DNA from: an uncultured archaeon
GTDB lineage: Archaea > Asgardarchaeota > Heimdallarchaeia > Heimdallarchaeales > Kariarchaeaceae
Length of the DNA stretch: 50,423 nucleotides
NCBI GenBank assembly: GCA_964645535.1
Contig: CAZYCQ010000017.1
Coordinates: forward strand, 1 to 50,423
Reading direction: 5' to 3'
The notes beneath the pieces were generated by a model that was not told the origin of the DNA, did not search any database, and saw nothing but the letters and a program-made list of their open reading frames with translations. This document shows, in pieces, positions 7,527 to 15,838 of the stretch; the first letter of the stretch is position 1; each line of letters begins with the position of its first letter. Both the position numbers and the translations under genes were made by a program.

Positions 7527-9185
7527 ATGTCTAAATCCGATGAGAAATTACAGGAAGAAATTATAGATGTATGTCTTCGACGCGGAATAGTCTTTCCAAC
7601 AGCAGAGATTTATGGGAGTGCAGGAGGGTTTTTTGAATTTGGCCCGATTGGGGAGCTTTTACGCCAAAACTTAGTCAACTTATGGAGAGAACATTTCATC
7701 CGTTCTGAAGAAAACATCTTTGAAATTTCCGGATCAACGATTCTACCCGAAAAGGTATTTGAGGCAAGTGGACATCTTGAAACTTTCAATGATCCCCTTA
7801 CCCAATGCGAAAAATGTAAATCAATGTTCCGGGTGGATCATCTGTTACACGAAGTCGAACCTGAAACCAATTTCGATGGACTTCCCCTAGAGGTTCTCCA
7901 AAAAGAACTCGAACGATTGAAAATAACCTGCCCTAAATGCAAAGGACCTTTGGGTCCTCCTAAACAATTCAATCTGATGTTTGAGACGAAAATAGGGCCT
8001 TCATCAGGCCACCGGGGTTTTCTCCGTCCGGAAACTGCCCAAAACATATTTCTGAATTTCAGAAGGATCAGTCATAGTATGAGGGCGAAACTGCCTTTCG
8101 GGATTGCACAAATCGGGAAGGCCTACCGGAATGAAATTTCCCCCCGTAATTTCCTTATCAGGATGCGTGAATTTGAACAGATGGAAATCGAGATGTTTGT
8201 GGATCCTGAAAAGTTGAATGAACATCCTCGATGGGATGAAATTGCAGATATCGAGATCTCAATTCTAACACGGGAAAGTCAGGAAACTGGTGGGAAACCT
8301 ATCAAAATCACTGTTGAGCAAGCCTTGCAGGATGGTTTGATTCCCAATCAATTTTTCGGATATTATATGGCGCTAGAATCTGAGTTTATCAAATCTCTCG
8401 GTGTCCCTGAAGATAAATTCTGGTTCCGTCACCTTTTGGAAAAAGAAACTGCACATTACAGCAAGGCCAATTTTGATTTGGAGATTGCCTTTCCTTTCGG
8501 TGTGGTAGAATGCATCGGAAATGCCTACCGAACGGATTATGACCTCAAGAAACATGCCGAAAAATCCAAGACCAAACTGCATATGACGACAGATGATGGG
8601 CGAAAAGTAATCCCTCATGTTATTGAACCCTCCTTTGGTGTTCAGAGGTTATTTTACATTCTTCTGTTAAGTTCCTATAGGAAAAACGACCGTGATTGGA
8701 CTTGGTTCCAATTCCCTTATTCAGTAGCACCCTACGAGGTAGTGGTTGCACCTTTAATGAAAAAAGATGGTTTGAAGGAAACTGCCTATGATTTCTTTTG
8801 GGAACTCAAGGATGAAGGAATTGATGCAATATATGATGAATCTGGTCAGATTGGTAAAAGGTACGCCAGATCAGATGAAATTGGAATTCCTTTTGTCCTG
8901 ACTATAGATTATCAAACTCTTGAGGATGATACCGTTACCATCCGTGATCGTGACACCATGAAACAATATCGGATTCCAATGGCAGAAACCTCTGACATCA
9001 TTCGTGAATTGATTTTCAATGTCATTTCCTTTGAAGACCTTAAAAACGAGTATCGAAAGTTGAATTCCCCTCCTTCCGAAAAAAAGAATGACGCAAAAGG
9101 AAATGGGAAGAAAAAGGAGACTGGCAAGAAAAAATCGACCAGTGGAAAAAAGAAACAAAGGAAAAGTGGGAAACAAGAAAAATAA
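7527..9185 (+). CDS. glyS: Glycine--tRNA ligase (archaeal/eukaryotic type) with Lys-rich C-terminal tail
   Basis: AEIYG, ASGH, FNLMF, LRPETAQNIF, QIGKAYRNEISPR, REFEQMEIE, PHVIEPSFG, IGKRYARSDEIG. Confidence 0.96.
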   Translation: MSKSDEKLQEEIIDVCLRRGIVFPTAEIYGSAGGFFEFGPIGELLRQNLVNLWREHFIRSEENIFEISGSTILPEKVFEASGHLETFNDPLTQCEKCKSMFRVDHLLHEVEPETNFDGLPLEVLQKELERLKITCPKCKGPLGPPKQFNLMFETKIGPSSGHRGFLRPETAQNIFLNFRRISHSMRAKLPFGIAQIGKAYRNEISPRNFLIRMREFEQMEIEMFVDPEKLNEHPRWDEIADIEISILTRESQETGGKPIKITVEQALQDGLIPNQFFGYYMALESEFIKSLGVPEDKFWFRHLLEKETAHYSKANFDLEIAFPFGVVECIGNAYRTDYDLKKHAEKSKTKLHMTTDDGRKVIPHVIEPSFGVQRLFYILLLSSYRKNDRDWTWFQFPYSVAPYEVVVAPLMKKDGLKETAYDFFWELKDEGIDAIYDESGQIGKRYARSDEIGIPFVLTIDYQTLEDDTVTIRDRDTMKQYRIPMAETSDIIRELIFNVISFEDLKNEYRKLNSPPSEKKNDAKGNGKKKETGKKKSTSGKKKQRKSGKQEK

Positions 9186-9231
9186 GACCTACTGAAAGGT
9201 AAATATACTACTTCCCTCAAGAAAAAAACGT

Positions 9232-9375
9232 ATGACTCAATACCGTTGCATGAACTGCAAGCAAAGAATCAATCCAAGTGAACTTGTTGAGGAAAGAATC
9301 CAATGCACTTATTGTGGTTATCGGATCTTGGAAAAAGCAAGACCGGAAATCGTCCATAAGATTAAGGCTAGGTAA
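9232..9375 (+). CDS. rpoP: DNA-directed RNA polymerase subunit Rpo12 (RpoP)
   Basis: Not in the track (47 aa): MTQYRCMNCKQRINPSELVEERIQCTYCGYRILEKARPEIVHKIKAR, matching YxCxxC...CxYCGxRILxKxRP...KAR. Confidence 0.93.
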   Translation: MTQYRCMNCKQRINPSELVEERIQCTYCGYRILEKARPEIVHKIKAR

Positions 9376-9465
9376 TCCATCATCTCCCTGTCTTACAACA
9401 ACCTTTAATTGCATAAGCTCGAATCAAAGGATAGAATGCTTGGTTCAAACCGAAGAAAAATATTG

Positions 9466-10419
9466 ATGCAAGGTGAAACCCAACACCCGGCCATTAAGGT
9501 AAAGGAATACTCTGATGAAGAAGCCTTGGAAATGTGGCGGAAGGTTGGAAAAATCGGCGCACAAATCAGGGATCAAGTGGCTGCTGCCATCAAACCTGGA
9601 AAACCAGTCATGGAAATTTGCAATCTTGCAGACGAACTTATTCGAAAGGCAGATGTCAAACCTTCATTTCCTGTAAACATTAGCATAAATGATGTCGCTG
9701 CCCATTACACCTCTCCTATAGGGGATGAACTTCTTGTTCCCGAATTTGGTGTGGTTAAAATCGACATTGGAGTATCTATTGACGGATTTATCTCTGATAC
9801 CGCTACCAGTGTCGATTTGGATGGTCGCTATTCCAAATTGGTTTCTGCAACCAAAGAAGCCCTTAATGCCGCCATTGAATTGATGCGTCCTGGGGCAAAT
9901 ACCGGTCCTATTGGAGGAGTGATCGAAAAAACCATCTCAGATCATGGCTTTACTCCAGTGAAAGAGCTTCGAGGTCATTCAATAGAAAGATATGTTGTCC
10001 ATGGACAGAAGGCTGTTCCAAATATATTCATTGAAAACGGGGATATTCTTGAAGAGGGGGATATCATTGCTGTTGAACCCTTTGCAACAACAGGTCTTGG
10101 TGGTCTTCAAGAAGATTTATCCAGAGTGAATATTTTCCGGATACTCCCCTTCAAAGTTCCTCTGCGAACCAAACCGGCTCGGAAAATTCAGCAACTAGCC
10201 ATTCATGAGTTTGGGGGGATGCCTTTTGCAGAACGGTGGCTCCTTACCCATGGTCTCAAGTCATCTGAGATAAGGGTTGGCATGAGGGAATTGCGAAAGG
10301 CCGGTGCGCTTCATGAATATCATGTTCTCCGTGCGACAGAAAAGGATGCGATAATTAGCCAACATGAACATACCATGATCATTACCCCTGATGGTGCCGA
10401 AGTAACCACCAACGTATAG
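9466..10419 (+). CDS. map: Type II methionine aminopeptidase
   Basis: FPVNISINDVAAHYT, KIDIG...DG.ISDTA, GHSI, AVEPFAT, QHEHT; start set at ATG 9466 (uncertain). Confidence 0.93.
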   Translation: MQGETQHPAIKVKEYSDEEALEMWRKVGKIGAQIRDQVAAAIKPGKPVMEICNLADELIRKADVKPSFPVNISINDVAAHYTSPIGDELLVPEFGVVKIDIGVSIDGFISDTATSVDLDGRYSKLVSATKEALNAAIELMRPGANTGPIGGVIEKTISDHGFTPVKELRGHSIERYVVHGQKAVPNIFIENGDILEEGDIIAVEPFATTGLGGLQEDLSRVNIFRILPFKVPLRTKPARKIQQLAIHEFGGMPFAERWLLTHGLKSSEIRVGMRELRKAGALHEYHVLRATEKDAIISQHEHTMIITPDGAEVTTNV

Positions 10420-10551
10420 AACTCAAGAACAGGATTCGATATACTCCCGTTCAAATCCGATCGGTCGATTAGAAATCCTTATAACCTGTTGTTGGAGAAA
10501 TTTGCTTGTTCAAGAACAACTTGAACACTAAATTCAATTTGAAGAGGTTGA

Positions 10552-10884
10552 ATGACAATATTCGATGATGAAACTGAAACTTGCTCAACATGTGGATTGC
10601 CTGATGACCTTTGCATCTGTACTGAAGTAGCAAAAACTGAAGCTAGGCTGAAGGTAATTCTTGAAAAACGAAAATGGGGAAAGGTTTACACCCTGATCAC
10701 GGGGCTTGACCCAAAGGAATTTGACCTGAAAAAGATAGCCAATACCCTGAAAACCAAGCTTGCGTGTGGTGGAACTGTCAAGGGTGAAACCATTGAACTA
10801 CAAGGGAATCATGAATTCCGTATCCTTGACCTTCTTGAAGAAATGGGTTTCGAGAAGGATTCAATCGACCTGATACGGAAGTAG
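10552..10884 (+). CDS. sui1: Translation initiation factor aIF1 (SUI1 family)
   Basis: CSTCGLPDDLCIC, LKTKLACGGTVK, IELQGNH; SD-like GAGGT upstream. Confidence 0.95.
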   Translation: MTIFDDETETCSTCGLPDDLCICTEVAKTEARLKVILEKRKWGKVYTLITGLDPKEFDLKKIANTLKTKLACGGTVKGETIELQGNHEFRILDLLEEMGFEKDSIDLIRK

Positions 10885-11591
10885 TGATTTTGCAGGTAGG
10901 GTTGGGGATATCATCATATGCTTTTCCCTCAATGTTCCAATCAGTCCAGAATAGACTTTGGTTTGGAACTTCTCCTGCTTGCCAAGAATCCTGCCTAGTC
11001 CAACGGCTTCGTCATTGGGGAGGATTCAAAATTGGAATTGCAACTATTTCCTATTTGTTTGTTGTCCCACTCAAAAATGAGTTATTGGATTTACAAAGGG
11101 AATTCAAGGATCTGACAATCACTGTTGGATTGGGTGACAGACATAGGCTTCTTTCCACAAATAGGAGCATCCATGATCTGAAAATAACAGTTGAAGAAAA
11201 CCTTTCTCTCATTTCTGGAATCGCTTCTTCAAATAAACGACTGGTTCAGTTCGCAGCTTCCCTTGGTCTGAAAGCAATTTTAAATACTGGTGACCCTGAA
11301 GAAATAACTGCGTTCTTGGACTTCATTAACCCTTCATTGGTGACTGCCTATCTTCCCGTCAGTCTTCCTGATCTTCCAATTGAAACAAGAAAAGGGTATG
11401 ATACCTGGGTAAATAGGATGGTCGGGAAAAAAAGATCCCGGGAAAGGGTAGAAGTTGATTTTGATTCAATTTGGGAAAGGTTGGATGAATTGAAGGATTT
11501 AGAGATTGAGGAGGTCATTCTCTCAGCACCTTGGGATAAATCCCTTGTGGGGATGGATTTTGTCAGTGGATTAGATGTCACGTACAATTAA
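10884..11591 (+). CDS. Hypothetical protein, possibly a degenerate luciferase-like (LLM/Mer) barrel
   Basis: KIGIAT...LTITVGLGD...GIASSNKRLVQFAA weakly resembles LLM-class motifs. Confidence 0.4.
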   Translation: MILQVGLGISSYAFPSMFQSVQNRLWFGTSPACQESCLVQRLRHWGGFKIGIATISYLFVVPLKNELLDLQREFKDLTITVGLGDRHRLLSTNRSIHDLKITVEENLSLISGIASSNKRLVQFAASLGLKAILNTGDPEEITAFLDFINPSLVTAYLPVSLPDLPIETRKGYDTWVNRMVGKKRSRERVEVDFDSIWERLDELKDLEIEEVILSAPWDKSLVGMDFVSGLDVTYN

Positions 11592-12572
11592 ATGCTCTGA
11601 ACCTGGTCCTGTTGAGACATATTTGACCGGAACCTTCGCAACATCCTCAACCTTTTCGATAAATTCCATTGCTCCTCGGGTGATGTCCTTTTCAGAAATT
11701 TTTCCCGCCATTTCTGGAAATACGATGTCCATTTTTGTAAGAGCTAAAGTAGTTGCTCCGTTGAGCTGAACTGATTTTCTGGCAAGGGAAAAATCAAAAG
11801 GTGCCGCTCTTCTGGGACGTCCTGTTACAGTTCCGTATTCCACCCATCCCCTTTTTCTGATTTCGTCCTCAGATAGTTCTCCATTCAGAGGGCCGGTACC
11901 TACACGGGTTGTAAAGGCCTTGAAGACAACGATTACCTCATCAACCTTTGTTGGTCCAATACCTACATCCGCGGCAAAAGTAGATGCAGTTACATCTTTT
12001 GAAGTCACAAACGGATACGTCCCATGGATTAAACTCAAATGAGTTGCTTGGGATCCTTCTATCAGTACCTCCCCTCCAGAATCGATGATTTCATTTAATT
12101 CTGCCGAAACATCTGTCAAATATGGTTTCAATGAATCAATGTCTCGGGCAAGTTTCAAAATTCTTCGGGCTCTGTCTTCATTTGCTGGTCCACATCCTGA
12201 TCCGGTTGAACCAATCACGTCCTTAAGGTGAGTATCTTTTCTATCTCGAAGAATGTGCTGTTCCTCGATAATTCCTGTCTGATGATCGACGAAAATTCGG
12301 TCTTCTACACCTGTTCTTTGTATTTCTTCAAGAAGCGTTGGTGGATGCACAAGAACTCCCGCACCAATGTAAAGTTTTGCGTTTTTGTTGAAGAACCCTG
12401 AAGGCACCAATCGCAATTTGTATTCAACCCCTGCATGAACAACGGTATGGCCTGCATTTGGACCCGTTCCTGCTCTTGCAATTGCCTTAAGATCCAATGT
12501 TCTTGCCAAATATGAAACGATTTTTCCTTTTCCCTCATCCCCGAATTGACCGCCAGATATGATGATTGTCAC
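11571..12572 (-). CDS. purA: Adenylosuccinate synthetase (short archaeal type)
   Basis: GGQFGDEGKGK, GPNAGHT, GSTGSGCGP, EGSQ, GTYPFVTS, TTRVGTGP, GTVTGRPRR. Confidence 0.97.
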   Translation of the reverse strand: MTIIISGGQFGDEGKGKIVSYLARTLDLKAIARAGTGPNAGHTVVHAGVEYKLRLVPSGFFNKNAKLYIGAGVLVHPPTLLEEIQRTGVEDRIFVDHQTGIIEEQHILRDRKDTHLKDVIGSTGSGCGPANEDRARRILKLARDIDSLKPYLTDVSAELNEIIDSGGEVLIEGSQATHLSLIHGTYPFVTSKDVTASTFAADVGIGPTKVDEVIVVFKAFTTRVGTGPLNGELSEDEIRKRGWVEYGTVTGRPRRAAPFDFSLARKSVQLNGATTLALTKMDIVFPEMAGKISEKDITRGAMEFIEKVEDVAKVPVKYVSTGPGSEHLIVRDI

Positions 12573-12691
12573 AAGAGTGGGGTGTCTTGCAAGTTAAATA
12601 ATATTTCCAAAGTTTCCACAGAAGTGTAAAAACAAAAATGGTTCAACCTGAAATTCTTGAACAATAATCTTTTTTCTTTCATTTTTCCTAT

Positions 12692-12730
12692 AGGGGACTT
12701 CTACGGGTGTAGAAGAATCCTTTTATTTTT
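12692..12730 (+). terminator. Hairpin followed by a T-rich run (terminator-like)
   Basis: cttctac-gggt-gtagaag (12698-12715), extendable by gga/tcc, followed by ttttattttt. Confidence 0.35.
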
Positions 12731-12737
12731 GTCATCC

Positions 12738-12833
12738 TACCTTTGAAATGGAACTAACAATTTAGTTCATGTCATCTATAAACGAGCAATCGTTTGCGAC
12801 CTATTGAATCAATCAAATGACGATTCAAAGGTA
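12738..12833 (+). promoter_or_regulatory. Putative structured 5' leader or cis-regulatory RNA
   Basis: tacctttgaa (12738-47) pairs with ttcaaaggta (12824-33); internal stems gaactaa/ttagttc, gtcat/atgac and aaacga-GCAA-tcgttt. Confidence 0.45.
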
Positions 12834-12840
12834 AACCATC

Positions 12841-13014
12841 ATGTCAACAATAAACGTACTAACCCCTAACCAATCCGTTCAATTAAGGGAAAAACTAGTC
12901 TCCCTTGATTCACTCTGCTTGAATTGCAAATTCAAAGGAAGAAGCTTCCTTTGTTTGGTTCTGAAAAAGGACTATCCCAATGTGACTTCCTGTGAAAGCT
13001 TTACTCCCAAATAA
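12841..13014 (+). CDS. Small Cys4 putative metal-binding protein (57 aa)
   Basis: Not in the track: MSTINVLTPNQSVQLREKLVSLDSLCLNCKFKGRSFLCLVLKKDYPNVTSCESFTPK; AAGGT upstream of the ATG. Confidence 0.6.
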   Translation: MSTINVLTPNQSVQLREKLVSLDSLCLNCKFKGRSFLCLVLKKDYPNVTSCESFTPK

Positions 13015-13116
13015 ATTGACTTTTTGACCGAAAGCATACCAACTATTCCTACAAAAAAGTAACTGCTGGTGCAAAAATATAAAAGATTTGAGGCTCAATA
13101 GAAAATGTAATACCAG

Positions 13117-13674
13117 ATGATGAAAAGATTAGTTTCAAAATTGGTACTTTGTGGCGATTTGGCAGTCGGGAAAACCAGTATTCGGAGGGCTTACTTTGGA
13201 GATGGGTTCATAAGGGATCATCTCTCCACTCTTGGGGCAGATTTTGCCATCAAACGAGTGAAGATAGATACAGATACCCAATTAGAATTACAAATATGGG
13301 ATTTGGCAGGACAGCCAGGTTTCGAAAGTTTGCGGAAAAGGTTTTTCAAGGGCGCTTCAAGTGCGATGCTTGTTTTCGACCTCACAAGACGAGAAACATT
13401 TGAAAACCTTGATTATTGGTTTTCCCAACTTTGGGAAGCCAGTCCTAAAAAATCCATGGTCATTGCTGTTCTTGGCAACAAAAATGATCTTCAGGATCAT
13501 ACGGTCAAAGAGGACGAAGTTGAACAATTTTTCAAACGACTTAGGGACACCTATGGCCTAGAACAAGAATTGATGAAATATTATGAGACTTCAGCCCTCA
13601 CCGGTGAAAATATTGAGGAATGTTTCCAGTTTGTCAGCAATGCCATTCTGGATGATATAAGGCAACAAAAATGA
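13117..13674 (+). CDS. Rab-like small GTPase
   Basis: GDLAVGKT, TLGADF, WDLAGQ, NKND, SAL. Confidence 0.93.
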   Translation: MMKRLVSKLVLCGDLAVGKTSIRRAYFGDGFIRDHLSTLGADFAIKRVKIDTDTQLELQIWDLAGQPGFESLRKRFFKGASSAMLVFDLTRRETFENLDYWFSQLWEASPKKSMVIAVLGNKNDLQDHTVKEDEVEQFFKRLRDTYGLEQELMKYYETSALTGENIEECFQFVSNAILDDIRQQK

Positions 13675-13721
13675 TTTTTTTCCAAGAAAACCTTTTTCCT
13701 TGTTTTCCATTTGTAAAATGA

Positions 13722-15107
13722 ATGCGAATTCCTGACGGTCTGTTGATTCAATATCTTACTCTTCTCGGATGGCTTTTCGCCATACCATGGCTCGTGTTTT
13801 TGGGTCGGCAAAACCGAAATATATCCAACAAAACCTATCCTAAACTCGCAGTTTTCACTTCACTCCAATTTTTGCTCCAGATAATGCAAATACCTCTTTT
13901 CGGTTTTCCCGTTGCGCTAGGGGTTTCTGCTGTTCCATTGACCATTCTTTCCTTGGGATTCAGGTTAGGTCTGTTTTCTACCAGTGCAGCTCTTCTCTTA
14001 GCCGCCATGTTGATCCCTGGATATTTTGGGTCTTTTGGAATCAATTTACTTAATGTTGTATTTTCATCCACGATTGTCCTACTTCCTGTTCGGATTAGAA
14101 TAAAAAAAAAAAAATCGTCTCGTCTCAGAAGTCTTTTTGTCTTTTTTCTCAGTCTCTTTTACTATTGGACAGTTGGAATCATGATTGCCGTGGAATTGAC
14201 CTTTTCTCATGTCTTCAGAAATTACGTTGTTGCTATTTCTTTCTTGGCTGTTGTATCCATTTTTGGGATTGCTGAAGGAATCTTGTCTGCTTTTCTATTT
14301 AGGGTTTTGGCAAGTCAAGATACAAGTGAATATTCTCTTCTTGTTTCCCCTCGAACTCTTCCTCGCGCCCTTAAGGACAGATATCTTAAAAAATTGGATC
14401 TAGACCCAATAGGAAGATACAACAGATTGGATCCCCGAAGCAAGTTGATTACAACAGGAATTTTTCTGATCGCTTTGGCGTTGTCCTTTGAATTTTATCA
14501 AGAATTGATAATCTTTCTTTCAGCCGTCTTCTTATTTTTCATTTATCGCCCTTCAACTCGATTCTTCAATCGAATCGCCATCGCCATTCCATTTACAATA
14601 CTGTTGACTGGAATACTCCTTTTGGGATTTCAAGGTCAAGATGTGGAGCAGGCTTACAAGCTTGGATTCAGATATTTTATTTCATTTGTCCATTCATCGC
14701 TTCTCCTTGAATCAGAAGAATCCTATTTCAGGTACATTGAAGCCATGAGGGAATTGGGTATTCCAAAACCGATTGTCACCGTCCTTCTTATTTCGTTGAG
14801 GATGGCCAATCGGTTATGGGAAGATTTCAGTAGCATGAAAATTGCAATGGTTAACAGAGGTGCAGTTTTGACATTGCGATTAAGGGGTGGCTGGCGTTCT
14901 GTTCTTCCGATTTATATGCAACTCTTCAATAATCTGCTTCAAAAATCCCTCAAATATAGTGAAATGATCTCTGAAAGCCTTGAAGAACGTGGGTTCACCG
15001 GAAATCTGTTTTTTAGTGTCCAACCAATATCCAGTGAAGGTTTAACTTTACAGGGACTTGCTTTCACCATTTCATTGGTAACTATTCTTAGTAGATTCTG
15101 GATCTAG
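13722..15107 (+). CDS. Fused ECF transporter S component (CbiM/NikM-like) and T component (CbiQ/EcfT-like)
   Basis: N-terminus MRIPDGLL (cf. MHIPDG) and GIAEGIL; second half RLDPRSKL...AMRELGIPKPIV...AMVNRG...SLEERGF. Confidence 0.85.
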   Translation: MRIPDGLLIQYLTLLGWLFAIPWLVFLGRQNRNISNKTYPKLAVFTSLQFLLQIMQIPLFGFPVALGVSAVPLTILSLGFRLGLFSTSAALLLAAMLIPGYFGSFGINLLNVVFSSTIVLLPVRIRIKKKKSSRLRSLFVFFLSLFYYWTVGIMIAVELTFSHVFRNYVVAISFLAVVSIFGIAEGILSAFLFRVLASQDTSEYSLLVSPRTLPRALKDRYLKKLDLDPIGRYNRLDPRSKLITTGIFLIALALSFEFYQELIIFLSAVFLFFIYRPSTRFFNRIAIAIPFTILLTGILLLGFQGQDVEQAYKLGFRYFISFVHSSLLLESEESYFRYIEAMRELGIPKPIVTVLLISLRMANRLWEDFSSMKIAMVNRGAVLTLRLRGGWRSVLPIYMQLFNNLLQKSLKYSEMISESLEERGFTGNLFFSVQPISSEGLTLQGLAFTISLVTILSRFWI

Positions 15108-15115
15108 GTGATATC

Positions 15116-15838
15116 ATGAAAAAAACAGCCATAAAAGCTTCAAAAATAAGTGTCGAACTTGAAGGCAAAAAAATTCTAAAAGACCTTTCCATTGAGATCA
15201 ATCATAGGGAATTAGTGGCATTGGTTGGCCCCTTCGGATCTGGAAAAACCACCTTGTTGAGGGTTTTCAACGGAACAATTATCCCTGAGTTTGGTGATAT
15301 TGAAATTCTTGGCAAAAAACCATCTGAATTTAAACCTGGGGAAATTCCTGCCTTGGCGGGTTTTCTCCATGAAAATCCTGATGATCAACTTTTCCTTTCC
15401 AACGTTTTTGATGATATCGCTTTTGGACCAAGGAACTATGGATTGCCCCGTGATGAGGTGAATCATAGGGTTCTTTCTGTAGCAAAGAAAATTGGTATCA
15501 TCAACCTTCTTGAAAGAGAAATTGGCTCGTTGAGTTTTGGAGAAAAAAAACTGATTGCCCTTGCGGGTATTCTAGTAATGAACCCAGAACTTCTTTTGCT
15601 GGATGATCCTCTTTTAGGTTTAGACTTCTGGACAAGTGAAAAGGTTTTGAATCTTCTCAAGCAACTCAAAAAAGTAACTACAATCATCTGCACGGCCAAT
15701 CAATGGGAAATGTTGGATATTGCTGATCGTATTCTTTTCATTGACAATGGGAAAATTCAAGAAGAATTTGATTCAACAGAGGAATTCAAAAATTTCTTTT
15801 ACCGAAATCTTAACTATGACGATCAATTATTGTATTGA
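15116..15838 (+). CDS. ECF-type ABC ATPase (CbiO-like) with degenerate catalytic motifs
   Basis: Walker A GPFGSGKT, NPDDQLF, DDIAFGPRN, LSFGEKK, Walker B LLLLDDP. Confidence 0.88.
   Translation: MKKTAIKASKISVELEGKKILKDLSIEINHRELVALVGPFGSGKTTLLRVFNGTIIPEFGDIEILGKKPSEFKPGEIPALAGFLHENPDDQLFLSNVFDDIAFGPRNYGLPRDEVNHRVLSVAKKIGIINLLEREIGSLSFGEKKLIALAGILVMNPELLLLDDPLLGLDFWTSEKVLNLLKQLKKVTTIICTANQWEMLDIADRILFIDNGKIQEEFDSTEEFKNFFYRNLNYDDQLLY

Noticed and set aside
9217-9466. Track ORFs 9217..9414 (-) and 9278..9466 (+)
   Set aside because: They overlap the clearly recognisable Rpo12 gene in other frames and have no motifs
10430-10470. gttcaaatcc resembling a tRNA T-loop
   Set aside because: No T-stem, acceptor stem or cloverleaf can be built around it
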